A stretch of DNA of 53,218 bases, filler included, from Sluysia triapertura (lineage: Eukaryota), in NCBI GenBank assembly GCA_046118255.1. It is 4 parts of 4 records of this genome, joined end to end, with 100 filler letters (N's around TTAATTAATTAA, not from the genome) between each part and the next. Parts side by side here need not be neighbours in the genome. Positions count along the whole stretch, not along the records: positions 1 to 15,794 come from JBJNIA010218807.1; positions 15,895 to 29,680 come from JBJNIA010020073.1; 2 more parts are not named here. One strand, written 5' to 3'. Below, piece after piece: positions 13,120-25,462 of this stretch (position 1 is its first letter; every line of letters starts with the position of its first letter). The notes under the pieces were generated by a model, which searched no databases, was not told where the DNA came from, and saw only the letters and a program-made list of their open reading frames with translations. The translations under genes and the position numbers were made by a program.

Positions 13120-15360
13120 AAGTAAATAGAATAAAAACTTAACTAAACTTAACCAACTCACTGAACTTACCAGTTAGGGCCAGTCGTTGGTTTTATAAAT
13201 CAAGATAAGTCTCAATAATATACTAATAGAACTTTAGTGCTCAATCCTACCTGGAGACAAAATTTATTAATGTCTATTGTTAAGATTCTCTGATAATTGT
13301 CAAATTTAGGTTTTCTTATCAAGGATGTAAATAGATTTGAAGGTTTTGCGTCTTAGTATCTAGAAAAACTTTGATTATAAATAGAATTAAAATTTATTTA
13401 GTAATTTTACGTAGATTCCATTATATGGAATCGTGACAGTAGATTTTACTTGCTAGAGTTAAATTCTAGCTTCTTGAAAGCAACAGTAATTTTAAATATT
13501 AACAAATGTTAAAGCTATACGTAAATAAGTAAGTAACAAAAAATGTATTAAATATTTAAAATAAAATCTTTGCCCGAAGGCTGTACTAATAATGATTTTA
13601 TTGTTTGCATGTAGTTGAGAAGGCAGTATTTGTGGCTTGATCTGGAGCATCTCCTGGAGTATTGGCTGTAGCGGCATTAGTAGATTGCTGTCTGATTGTT
13701 GGGTACTGAGATAATTCTGGTTCATGAATATTCTAAATGACATTTTACCATTCCCATAGAGATATCGACGAGCAATTTATTTATCGTGGATTTACTGAAA
13801 TTGAAATTTTTAAGTATGCTAATATTCTTGGTACTCATTGTTCCCAATGCTGGAAAGATTAAGGTAAATATTTTGACCTTGCGCCGGACGATTCTATTAA
13901 GATGCAGAGAGAATTGTGAATACTTTATTGAGTTTTTCCTATGAATGTCTGGATATGATTCGATTTTATCAAATGGGGTTTTAATGTCAATATGAAAGTA
14001 ACAGTCATTGTATAGAAAGAGTAAGTGGTCAGAAACATCGGGTCGGTTCGCATTGAGCATCACAGTTAACATCAATGCCATTATCCCTGAAGAGAGAAGC
14101 GACAAGTCCAAATGCTAAGTTGTGGCGCGAAGTGATAAGGCTGGGATTGAAAGGGCAGTGATTAAGAACGTGAGGTGCATATTCATCGAGAACATCGACG
14201 ATAGTTAATGGGAAATTTTTCTTTCAAGTTTTGCACATTGAAGTTTAGAGATAAAGTATTTGTTCGGGCTCTGAGTAAGAAGAAGAAACTCTTATCTGGG
14301 ATTTCGGAGCTCATGAGCATTCTATTTGTAAGGCGAGACTGTGTCAGGAAAGAAGTTAGAAGAGATTGGAATTTCAAGGATTGCCATCGTAGAAAGTGAG
14401 ACAACCCTGTCAGTTGATGAAAGGTCTGAGTGACGTTATCCTTTTCATCTTTGGTGAAGGTAAATGATAGAGAAGGAATCATCCACAAAGGCAAACAAGA
14501 CTTATATATCATGTTTTGATTTAAGAGACTTACAACAGTCCCTAACGTTGGACTACAGGGTTGACTTTAGTGGGTACATTTCAGAATTAGTTATGCCAGA
14601 AAGCCAGTTGAGAGTCGTAATAATATCTGGTTTCCTGAAGTATAGTTTAGAGTTTTCCTTAAGATATTCTAGAGAAAAACGTCGAAGAGTATTGTCGCCA
14701 GAGGTAAAGATACGGAAGCAGTGGACTATAGTTTGAATCAAGTATTCGCTGTGGAGAGAAGTAAAGCCGAGTCCTCCGAGATCTACAGTAGTGTAAAAGT
14801 AGTCAATGGGTGATGATCGGAAGTGAATTTGAAGAGCGGGTCTCAGGATGTTTCTAAAACTTTGGTCGAAAGAAGGCGTGTTTCTATCAGTGTAATTGTG
14901 CACTCCCAAGTTTAGTTATTAATGAAATAATTATAAAGAAAAAAAGTTATTAACAAACTTATACAGAAAATTAAAGAAAAAATTTCTAAGAATTATCAAT
15001 AATAATAATAAATTACAGAACTAACTATCTTAGTTAGTTAATTAATAAAATGATTTTAAAAATACATTTTACCAACGATCCAATATATGATCCAAATGAA
15101 TTAAATGAATTTAAGTAGATTTTGCTTATGATATTTTAGAAAATACCTAACTTATTACAATTAAACTAACGTGATTTATAAAAGTCTTTTCTTTTAGACA
15201 AGAACAAATAAACGTAATTGAATCGTGTGCAAAGAGACCAGACAAAGATTTACAAAAACTTCTAAGTAAATGATTTGGATAACAAAATTGTGTGTCAATT
15301 ACAAAAATGTTAACGTATATATAGTTGTTTTAGTCTGACCTATAAAAGACTAAAACAAAA
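13120..15360 (+). repeat. Dispersed repeat family A, copy 1 (hairpin core 13153-13190), split by the RLE retrotransposon
   Basis: Core ccaac..ctgaacttaccagttagggccagtcgttgg. The segments 13120-13590 and 14910-15360 are together colinear with the reverse complement of 51770-52480, ending in gttgttttagtctgacct. Confidence 0.75.
13590..14909 (-). mobile_element. 5'-truncated, frameshifted RLE-type non-LTR retrotransposon (R2 group, NeSL/Utopia-like)
   Basis: Minus-strand fragments in order: YFYTTVDLGGLG, RWQSLKFQ, LRARTNTL, zinc knuckle (Y)RRC..DEYAPHVLNHC, RHN, RPD, IDIKTPFD and K..KY of the PD-(D/E)xK endonuclease. A short 3' UTR ends at AATAAA near 13600. GC content is higher than in the flanks. 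Confidence 0.9.
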
Positions 15361-15794
15361 TATTAAATATTTAAAATAGTCAATAATTACGTTAGTTTAA
15401 TAATTACGCTAATTTAAAAATTTTAAACAATATAATAAATTAAAAATTTAAACAATATAATAAATTAAAAATTTAAACAATAAATTCTTACGTGAAATTT
15501 AAATAATTATTTCCAAAATAAAATAAACAAGTATCAGTTATTCCATAAAATTTTATGATAAAAATCATAAATCAATATTCAAAATCATAATTATAATTCA
15601 AAATATCAATCATCAATGTGCATTTATCATAATAACAATTTGTGTTTACAAGTGTTTATAAACAAGTATTTACAATTAGTGTCTTTATAAACATCAATTT
15701 GATATGTACTCTATTAATACTTAGACATCGGAACATATTTAACTTTAATTTTAAATTATAAAAATTAATTAAAATGACTAATTTTTACGTTATC

Positions 15795-15894
15795 NNNNNN
15801 NNNNNNNNNNNNNNNNNNNNNNNNNNNNNNNNNNNNNNTTAATTAATTAANNNNNNNNNNNNNNNNNNNNNNNNNNNNNNNNNNNNNNNNNNNN
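15795..15894. other. Artificial contig linker
   Basis: N44-TTAATTAATTAA-N44, 100 nt. The palindrome has stops in all six frames. Confidence 0.97.
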
Positions 15895-18800
15895 ATAAGA
15901 AAATCTCAAGAAATTTATATTATACACGCATTATAACACAAGGGAGATATAAAAATTGATACATATGTTGCGAAGAATGTCTTAGTTAATTCTTTAAGTA
16001 ATAATTTAGCAATGGATTTTGCGTGAAACTATTATACGTTTCGAAATTGATTATAAAATTTTATTTTTCGTTGATTTTACGTGGATACTTATTGTATCCA
16101 AACTTAATATTATAAACTAACGTAAATATTTTGTTTAAAAGAAAATCTGGCAGGTCCTTTCTCAATGTCCAATTTTCAAAATGAAATATTTGTAACAACT
16201 AGTGATCTCTTCTTAAATTATAAAAGCTGTTGTAACTGTTGTGAGTCATGCATTTTATGATGTTTATATACTTAATTTAACTGACATTGGCCAGATTAAA
16301 ACAAAAATAATTCGATTAATAAAAAATAATTCAGTTAATAAAAAATATTAAATTTTACTTACGTTATTTTTTATGATTAATTTAAATCCAAATTCAAATT
16401 ATTCAATAAATTAAACCAAAAATAAATTAAAATTCAAAATGAATTAGTGAATTATAATACAAAAATTATAAATGTTTATAATATAAAGATTATTAAAGTT
16501 ATATACAATGAATAATCATAGATCAATAATACAAAAATTATCAATAAGGATTGGTATGTTCACAAAATACATAATCAATCAATATCAATAACGAATAGAT
16601 CAGTAGCGATTTGTGTTTGTACAGATTCATTATTGATAATTTTAATTTTCACATTAAGTTACACTGATTTAAAAATTACTGTTCTTGATTTTAAGTTACA
16701 ATTTGTAATTTGATTTTTAGTTTAATATAAGTTTGATTTAATTTTTAATTGATATTCGTTTCAATATATAAGTTTATATTACGATTACATTTAAGTTCCA
16801 TTTTACTGTCCGTATGAGTTTATTATTAAGTATAATTAAGTTAAACACAAGTTTCAAAAATAATATTCTACATAAGTTCGTATTTTGTTTTGTTTCACTT
16901 TATAAATTTTTATTTGATCTTGAAGTTTATTGTTTTAGCCCAAATGCACATTTGATATATTGTTTACATTGTGATTAAATTTGTTTAAAGTTTTAAATTT
17001 GCTATAAGTTATAAATTTGTTATAAGCCTTTTGATATAAGTTTAGTCTAAATAAAGTTACGTTTTAATTGAGATTTATATTTGAATCTGATTTTTGATAA
17101 GCCACATTTAATTGTTACTGAGTATATGAATTTATATTTTAATTTAACAAGTTTTGATTTTATTTTGTAAATTTTATATGGCAAATTTTATATTCGATAT
17201 ACGATAAATTTCTTGATTTGATTGATACTTTGATATAAGTTTATATTTTAATTTCACTAAGTTCAATGATAGTTTAATCGATTGAAAATTATTACAAGTT
17301 TTATTGTAAGTTTTATTTCATGTTACGTTTTGGAACCTGAAAGTATTTTATAACATTAGATAATAGCGTGATTATTATATTAAATTTGACTATATAAACC
17401 TTAGTTTTATTAATGATCAACTTATCGCTTATTTGTATTTTTCATTTTTTATTTTTATCCTTTCATCGAAATTAAATTTGAAGATAAATTTTTTCATATG
17501 GGAAAGTAATTTTAGATTGGCACTTCTCGTGTCCAGTAATAATAATAAAATAATTACTACTATTACCACCACCACTACTACTAATAATAATAGTAATAAT
17601 TTAATTAAATAATAATAATGTTAGATTTACCCAACTGTTGAATACAAAATGAGTGACGCAAAAAAATGCAGGAAGAATTATTTTGGGCAAAACATAATGA
17701 AACATTGTTGGAGTTAAAATTATTAAGATGAAAACATCTATAGTTATTTTGAGTTTTGAGATATATATTTGCTGTGTTTTTATATCTTAACCTTACTCAA
17801 GCAGCAAAATGGATTAAAAGAGTTCTTTTACAATACACGACTTACGAATGGCGTGGCTGTAGATACATGAGCTAATATAACGAAAATCTTCAGATAAAGC
17901 TGGTTAAGATGCGTGAACTATTACTTAGTAATTTCAATAAAATATCTTGTCGATTAAGTTAAGTAACTTTAGTATTGAAATGCTTTTTATATCTTTGAAA
18001 ATATAATGTATTTTGTAATAGACTTATTTTACACTAAATATTCACGTATTAAAAATTTCTTTATTTAAATATTCAATAATCTAAATGGTTTAATTACTAA
18101 ATAAGAAATACTTTAAGATTAATTAACTACAATAAATAATACTAAAACGACGATACTAATGTAAAAATGAATGGCCAATTAATAACAAAATTAAAAAGTA
18201 TTATATCAAAATATAATTTGTTTAACAAAATAATCAAAATAATAATATTTTCAAAAGGACCTAGACTACTTGAGGCTCGATCAAAAAGTTTAATTAATTT
18301 ATGATTTTATCATTGGTCTTAAGGACCAACGAAATATGGAAATTTTGAGTAAGATTTTATGGCTCTATTCGAGTACAACTATTAATATAAATTGCTGGCC
18401 AAATTGATAATTTTACTTTGTGGCTGTCATCTTTGTTGTTAATGTTGTGTTGGTCTTTATGCATAATGTCTGTTTTTATATTAATCCTTGTCATAAAGAC
18501 ATATTAAATTTTTTGATTTAGAAAAACAAATGATTTACAGAATATTCATTTATCTTTAATTTAGTTTTTAATTATAGTTTTTGATATAATTTTTACTGTA
18601 ATTTTTTAAATAATAATAATTTATATAATTTTTAACAATATTTTAATTTTTATAAAAAATACATAAAATATAAAATAAAAATATAAGTAATAAAGTATAA
18701 ATATTAAAATATAATAAAACATAATTGAATTATATACAATTTTAAAAATAAATTTTATGTAACTTTACATGTATAACTTTACAAATTAGAACTTTACATA

Positions 18801-19019
18801 TTGGAGTTCCACAGAGCCTTGTAAGGTGTTGATAACATTGAGAAAACTTGTGATTCGCTTAAAAACGTTTTAAAACATTAAAATATTTAATTTGTGAACC
18901 TTGGGAACATTTAATATTTCATCAACCTTTAAGAATCTTTGAAACCTTGATACGAATTTAATATTTTTTTATGAAATTGTAAAGTATCAGAAATCATTGT
19001 TAAAGATAAATTTGATATA

Positions 19020-19720
19020 TTAACAGTTAGCATAGAGAAGTAGAAAAAAAATCAGAGTGGTGAAGGTGAAAGCAACTAGAACCTTATAAAGTCCGAAACA
19101 ATTTTAGAACCATAATAGAACCTTTTAAGCATAAAATAAGATACAGTCCAAGTATATGTTAATTATTTAATTATTTAAGGAAAAATAAATTTTTTATAAA
19201 TAAAGTTATGACTGCGTATTTATTTCATTTGGTGAGATCTTTCAATGAAGATGTGGTATGCCAAAGTTCATGAAAGGATAATCTTGTTTTAATTAACTCT
19301 CAATTCTAAAGTGGTAAATTTTTCAAATTTAGAAAGATGAAAAGGTAATGAATTTCATATGAGATGATTTCTACGAATGAGGAAAATCTAGAAATAAATT
19401 TGAAATTTTCGTAAAATGACTTGTTTGAGAATGAGAACCTCAAAATTGAGTGTGAATAACTAAAAATTAATTGCATTCTGAAACTAAAGGTAAATTCATT
19501 ATTTTCATGTATATTGTTAATGTTAATAATTGTTATTTTAATGACAAAGTAATTTAGGAAAAAATAAGCCAGCAAAATAGAGGAAAATAATTATTGTTCA
19601 TTAATCAAATTTTTGTGTTTTGTATTTAATAATCCCTAACATACAGTACCATATAATTCTCAGAGTTATTATTGTCGGTTCGATTCTCAAAAATATTCAG
19701 GTGATTGGTGCACGAAAATA
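19020..19720 (+). repeat. Dispersed repeat family B, copy 2, running into a segment shared with 7320-7420
   Basis: 19020-19470 matches 11885-12330. 19650-19710 (ccatataattctcagagttattattgtcg...attcaggtgattgg) matches 7321-7420. Confidence 0.7.
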
Positions 19721-21899
19721 TTTGATTGGATAGTGAGAAAGTTTAAAAGAAAACTGTGATGATGACAATAATTCAAGATCCATAAAAGTAGTTTTTCATT
19801 TTATTATTAATTTACATTAAAATTTTTAATTTAATTTGATTTGATTGTAAATTTTTAGTTTTTTCGGGGTTAGCGTCGAACTGAACGTGACCCTTACTAT
19901 TTGATTATACTTTATTTTAATAATTTTTACTATTTGTTTATATTTATTTACATTAGCCTTAGTTAATAGTTTGATAATTATTTGGTAAAATATATTTGAT
20001 AAGTGATGTAGAATTTTTAAAATGATATAGAATGTTAAGTTAATTTAATTTAATTTAATAAAATAATAATAATAGTAATAATAATAATTTTGTCAATAAC
20101 ACAAAAATAAATAATTGTCTGTAATGCTAAAAGGTATTCTATGTTTTATTATAATGGTGTGAGTAACGCTAACAAAAATAAACAATTAAATAGTCAAGAA
20201 AACTTTTTGAGAAATAATTTTAAAGAGAGCTAAACTCATAAGTGGAACAAAAAAGAATTTGCCATTTTAAATAATACCAAAGTTCAGCAGTAAATCAGAT
20301 TAATCATTTTATTTTTTTTGGGATTTCAATAATATCGTTAATTTGTTTTAATTTGTTAATTATAAGGTGGCTTAATATCATAACATTTTCGGTAATTTAA
20401 AACATTATAGTCAGTATTTATTCCAAATTTTAACAAAAGTATTAAGTATCACTTTCTTATTAAACATTTATATAACTCGTTTGTTCTGTTGATCCTTTTA
20501 TTTCGTTTTGGTCTATTGATGCATTAATATAATTAAAGGTTTTTATAAAACTCTTATGCTATACAAAATAAACATTTATATTTTAATTGCCTTGAATTGA
20601 TATCTGCGCAGGAAATTGAATTAAGTAAACAATTCGTAAACAAAACAATAAGTAAACATTATTAACAATATGTGATTAATGAGATTAAAATATCTAAGAT
20701 TAAATGGTAAGGAAATTCATAGTAAGATTATGGAGAAAGATAAAATCATAATTATACTAATAAAAATTAGTATTATTACAAAACGTAATTTTATTTTCAT
20801 TTATAATACGATCTAAACATTGCACAATCAATAATCCAAAACAGTTAATATTAAAACAATTTTGTTATTATTATATTATATTTATTACTGTCTAAGTACA
20901 TTATTTTATAATTTTTTTGTTACATTTAAGTAGATTGCTCATATATATTTGTATATATACATGATGGAGTATATTTGTATATTCATGATGAAGTAATATA
21001 AATGCATTATATTATAAACTTTGTAAATTTTGATCACATAAATATTAATATAAATTTTAAAATTGTTGAATTTTTGTTATCAATTTTATTCTTTTAAATG
21101 GTTCACTTGAAACAGACTTTGAAAAAAGATTTTAATCTATTAATCCAATAAGTGACTTATTATAATTAAAATTATTTTTTTAACAACTACTGAAAATAAT
21201 TATAATTTATTAATTTATTAATTATGGAAGTATTTATAAAAATATTGTCACTTGATGACAGAAGTGCTACCAGAATTAAGATTAGTATCACTTCATTATG
21301 AAAAATGGAAAATAAAAGTTTAATTCAGGAAATCTAACAATTTTGTCAACATTTATTGAGAACAAAAAGCTTAAAATGCAGTATAGAGAAAATCAAAATA
21401 AACATTTTATTGGCGTTGCAAAATAGAAATTATAAATTAAGGTCCGATTACAGAATGTGGCTTGAACCTCGTTATTTTAACTAAAGAATTAAAAATAGAT
21501 TTCCGAATATTTTAAGATTTTTAATAAAAATTTTGTTCTTGTGTGGTACTTCTGTTTTAGGTTAAGTTATTCTGTATTTTATTGTATATATTATTGGTAA
21601 TTTATTAAATTATGTACAGAAATTATTTAGAGTTTACATGTATTTTATCTTGAATTCGTTCAAGAAAACTTATACAAGTCAGGTAGTATTATAATAATAA
21701 TAACAATAATAATGATTTTAATATAAGAATAATAATTTACCAATATAGTGTGATGATAATTCATAATCAGAGAGTGAATATGGTGTGATATCAGTTGATA
21801 TATTTAAGTAATGACTTTTCAGCACAATCATAAGTTTAATAGTAATTTTGTATTGATATTCTCAATTATTGTAATGTGGGGATTTTAAAAGATAAGATC

Positions 21900-22760
21900 C
21901 TTATAGAATAAAATACAATTTTAACGTGAGTCCACCAACGTACTAGGCTTACCAGTTAGGGCTAGCCGTTGGATTTATAGAGAAAAGATTTGTAAAGTAA
22001 AAGGTGGAATAACTTATCCAAGTGCAAATTTAATGGCATGCTCTTAATTTAATAATTTTGCTATTAATTCAAAATTTAAATGCTTATAGCCAAATCTGTT
22101 AAATTTCTGGAGGTATTTTAATAAATGGGAGTCAATGCAAGCTGTAAATAATATATGAACAACTGAAATTTAATATTTTATTAAATGAAAAATATTACTA
22201 AGAATAGATTACGTAGATCCTATGAAAAAGATCTGTAATAATTGATTTTGCGATATTAGAATTAAATTCTAATAGGAGAAATCTCTGCTTTAGTTTGAAT
22301 TTTATGTGAAACTATAAAGGTTATCGTGAGTCAAAATTAACAACTAAGTTTTTTAATAATCTATTAACAAAAATTATAATTTTTACAAAGGATGTTATAA
22401 TATAAGAATAAAAATTTACGTAATTAACTATTGTCGAGTTAATTATTTAAATAATAAGTTTAATCATATTTTACGCAAGAACCGGTAAATGGTGGTTCCA
22501 AATTCGTTACAAAAATAAATTTAAGAATATTTTATGTATGATACCTTTCAGGTATCTAAGCCTTAACAAAATAAACTATCTCAAAATTATTTCGAAAAGA
22601 AAAAACTGTTGTAATCCGGCCAAGGATAAATATCAAAAATATCTTCTACCTTGAATAACGTTAAAAAATAATGTATTAAAAATTATGTGACTTATGCGTT
22701 TTTACGTTTCTTATATGTTTTATTTATGTGACATTGGCCAGATTAAAACAAAAATATTTA
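21900..22760 (+). repeat. Dispersed repeat family A, copy 2 (core 21926-21972)
   Basis: Core gtgagtccaccaacgtactaggcttaccagttagggctagccgttggattt, followed by aaatttctggaggta and ttacgtagatcc blocks shared with the other copies. The end motif tgacattggccagattaaaacaaaaata also occurs at ~16282. Confidence 0.8.
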
Positions 22761-23325
22761 TCAAAATAATTTAAAAGATATTTAAATTTAATATTAAAGC
22801 TTACCTACATTAGTTTTTTCAAATAATTTAAAAATATCTAATTTAATTACAAAATTAAAATTTACTTACATTTTATTAATTTAAACCCAAGGAATTACAA
22901 ACAAATAAATATTAATGAACAAAAATCAATAAAATTATAAATATATACAATAACAATTATCAAAAAAATCAATAAGATTATAAATGTACACAATATCAAA
23001 GTTATAAATGTACATAATATCAAATCATAATCAGTGTGTGTATTAACAACAACAACAATAATAATAATAGTTTCAATTTTCTAATTTAAATTTAACTTAC
23101 AAATTTAAAATAAAGATTACACAAAAAATCACAAAACTTTACGAGTACCTATAAAAATAGTTTTCGAAACAATATTAAAATAACCACATATAAAAGGACT
23201 GCATAAAAACAGGTTTGAGTGTATTACATAAACACGCTGACACTGGCAGTAAAGACGCAATTTTACCTTTTCTGAAAAATGAAATTTTTTAAGTTACTTC
23301 CTATTTATGTAATGTTTATAATATA

Positions 23326-23510
23326 CAGTGGAATCCGCTTAATCGGACCACATCTAGACACAATTTTTTTGGTCCGATTAAGCGGCTGTTGTCATTAAAC
23401 AAACAATACTTTTATCTAATAATATATTGGATTGGATTCGGGACTTTTAAAAGTGGTCCAAATAAGCGCTGGTCCTATTAAGCGGCGGTCCGATTAAGCG
23501 GATTCCACTG
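23326..23510. mobile_element. 185-bp pogo/Tigger-type (Tc1/mariner superfamily) MITE
   Basis: Perfect 24-bp TIRs CAGTGGAATCCGCTTAATCGGACC, TA on both sides, and internal repeats of ggtccgattaagcgg. Confidence 0.93.
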
Positions 23511-23732
23511 TATTAAAATTAATCAGCTATTTTTGGATTTTTCTATCTAACTAGTAATTCTTTTAACTGTGATTGTTACTCTAACTACAATTGTATATGT
23601 CTAGTTTCATTGTGATTGGATTTTCATTTTTATTAATATCTTTTGTCTTACTAATCACTTCACTGTACTGCTAAATCATTATTAAGTCGATGTAATAATT
23701 AATCGTTACATCATGATTATCAAAATAATTAA

Positions 23733-23919
23733 CACGTTTGCTACCAGAACATGAGAAGAAAATCTTGTAGCCCAGCCCATGAAAATTTTTCTTATGAAAT
23801 GAGACTTTAAATGGTTTTGTAACTGCGAAAAACAGTGCAACATCTCATCGAAAACTTATAAGGTAGGCGCGCCACATGATTGCGAAGTCAGAACATATGC
23901 AACACTGGTAACGAAAGTG
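23733..23919. mobile_element. 187-bp piggyBac-like MITE
   Basis: TTAA on both sides. Imperfect 15-bp TIRs CACGTTTGCTACCAG / CTGGTAACGAAAGTG. Similar lone left ends at 5181 (ttaacaccttcgctaccgg) and 24696. Confidence 0.75.
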
Positions 23920-25462
23920 TTAATTTTACGTGGGTTAATTTATTTTTATTCTTATTATATCCTTGTTAATTTAAAATAATTTCTTTTGTTTTTCCGCATG
24001 AGCTTACATAACATATAGTTCTAGTGTTTTTTAGTGTACGATATGATTTCTGGCTATGAATTGTTGAAGGTTAAGAATGAACTAAGAATCAAAATGTTTA
24101 TGCGACGTTACTATTGAAAATTTTGAAGTTGAATGGTTTGCTAAATAATGTTATGAATTAATTGAGTGTTTCATGGATTAAAGGTGTTCATGTTAAATTC
24201 TTTTGGATTTTATCTGTTTATTAATTTGGCGAATGCATAGAATACCGTACTGCTTGGATTTTTTGTGAAATGTAATTTGATGATTTAATGAATTAAGATA
24301 TGATAACTTTAAAATAAAATATAAAATGTTTGATCAGTAGAATGAATTTGTTTAATGTGACATTATTGAATGGTTTAAATTGAAATGATTTATTGAATAA
24401 CGTGAATTTGTAAAATTTGTGAGATTCTGAATGAGTAAATGACTCCTAAATGATTTAAGAATGTGATTTGTTACTTATGCTATGATTCTGTGATAGTTCT
24501 GAACCTTCTCTCTTAATCCTTTTTGGTTTTTATTTAGTTCTTAAATTAATGCATTTTTTTCTTGAAGTTAGTCAAATATTTTAAATTTATTTTTTGATTA
24601 TTTTAATTTTACAAAAATTATTTCCTACATTTAAAATTTTTATATTCATATCAGCACTATCTTACTATTCTAAAAAGAAGTACTGAAGTGTTATCTTAAC
24701 ACATTCGCATCGGGAAACGAGAATTTTCGTGTTGTGTTCTTTCCTGATAAATTCTTAGATAACGGGATTATAAATTTCAGTGGATTAGTGCACAATTATC
24801 TGTGAGTTTGTTGCAGTCTATTATTTATGCAGCAGATGCAAATATGTAAATTTAATTTGATAAAATGTATTCCACAACATCACGAGATGGTATATTTTCT
24901 GGTGACACTATGAAGATGAATCTTACAAGAATATGTATATTATTATGTAAAGCACATAGTTAAGGAGTGAAATATGATCTGTACGCAATTCTGTGAATCG
25001 TTACATAATGGAAGCTGTTTTATCGATTATCACACTAAAAATTCTAATATAGTTTCTGGATATTTAAGTAATATATTAATTATAAAAATAATTATTGCAG
25101 TTTTAATTCATATACGTTGAAGTATCTTTGAATCACTAAAATACCCCGATTTATATGAACGTTTTAGGAAAAATAATTCGACGTGAATGTTTTAAAATTA
25201 TCCGATTTATTATTTTTCCAAACGTTTGTACAATTTCGTATTTTTAATTTTGAAATTTTTTCTAAATATTTAAACTTGAAACACGTTAATATATGATGTC
25301 AAGCAATGTGTATAACTTATAAAATTTAATAAAATTAGTTTTTTTTAATATGTAATATTGCAAACAATAAAAAGAAACAGAATTATGATTCAAAATAATA
25401 ATGTATCAAGTATTTATTATTCTGCATTTAATATGTAATGAAAAATTTATATTAAATTTTAG

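Noticed and set aside
14208-14736. Plus-strand ORFs 14208-14399 and 14464-14736
   Set aside because: Antisense shadows of the retrotransposon ORF. The same applies to 25459-25653, 43413-43595 and 44929-45117, and to the poly-Ile alternative frame 44222-44422.
15795-15894. TTAATTAATTAA palindrome within N runs, three times
   Set aside because: Identical 100-nt six-frame-stop linker used to concatenate contigs. It is not biological, so gene neighbourhoods across linkers are meaningless.
17729-17910. Signal-peptide-like frame (LRYIFAVFLYLNLTQAAKW) as a possible first prominin exon
   Set aside because: Needs a frameshift to reach an ATG and runs into a stop before a convincing donor.
25101-25402. 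Candidate extra prominin exons (IFESLKYPDLYERFRKNNS and a 22-nt micro-exon)
   Set aside because: Acceptor positions and phases are ambiguous, and there is no diagnostic motif.
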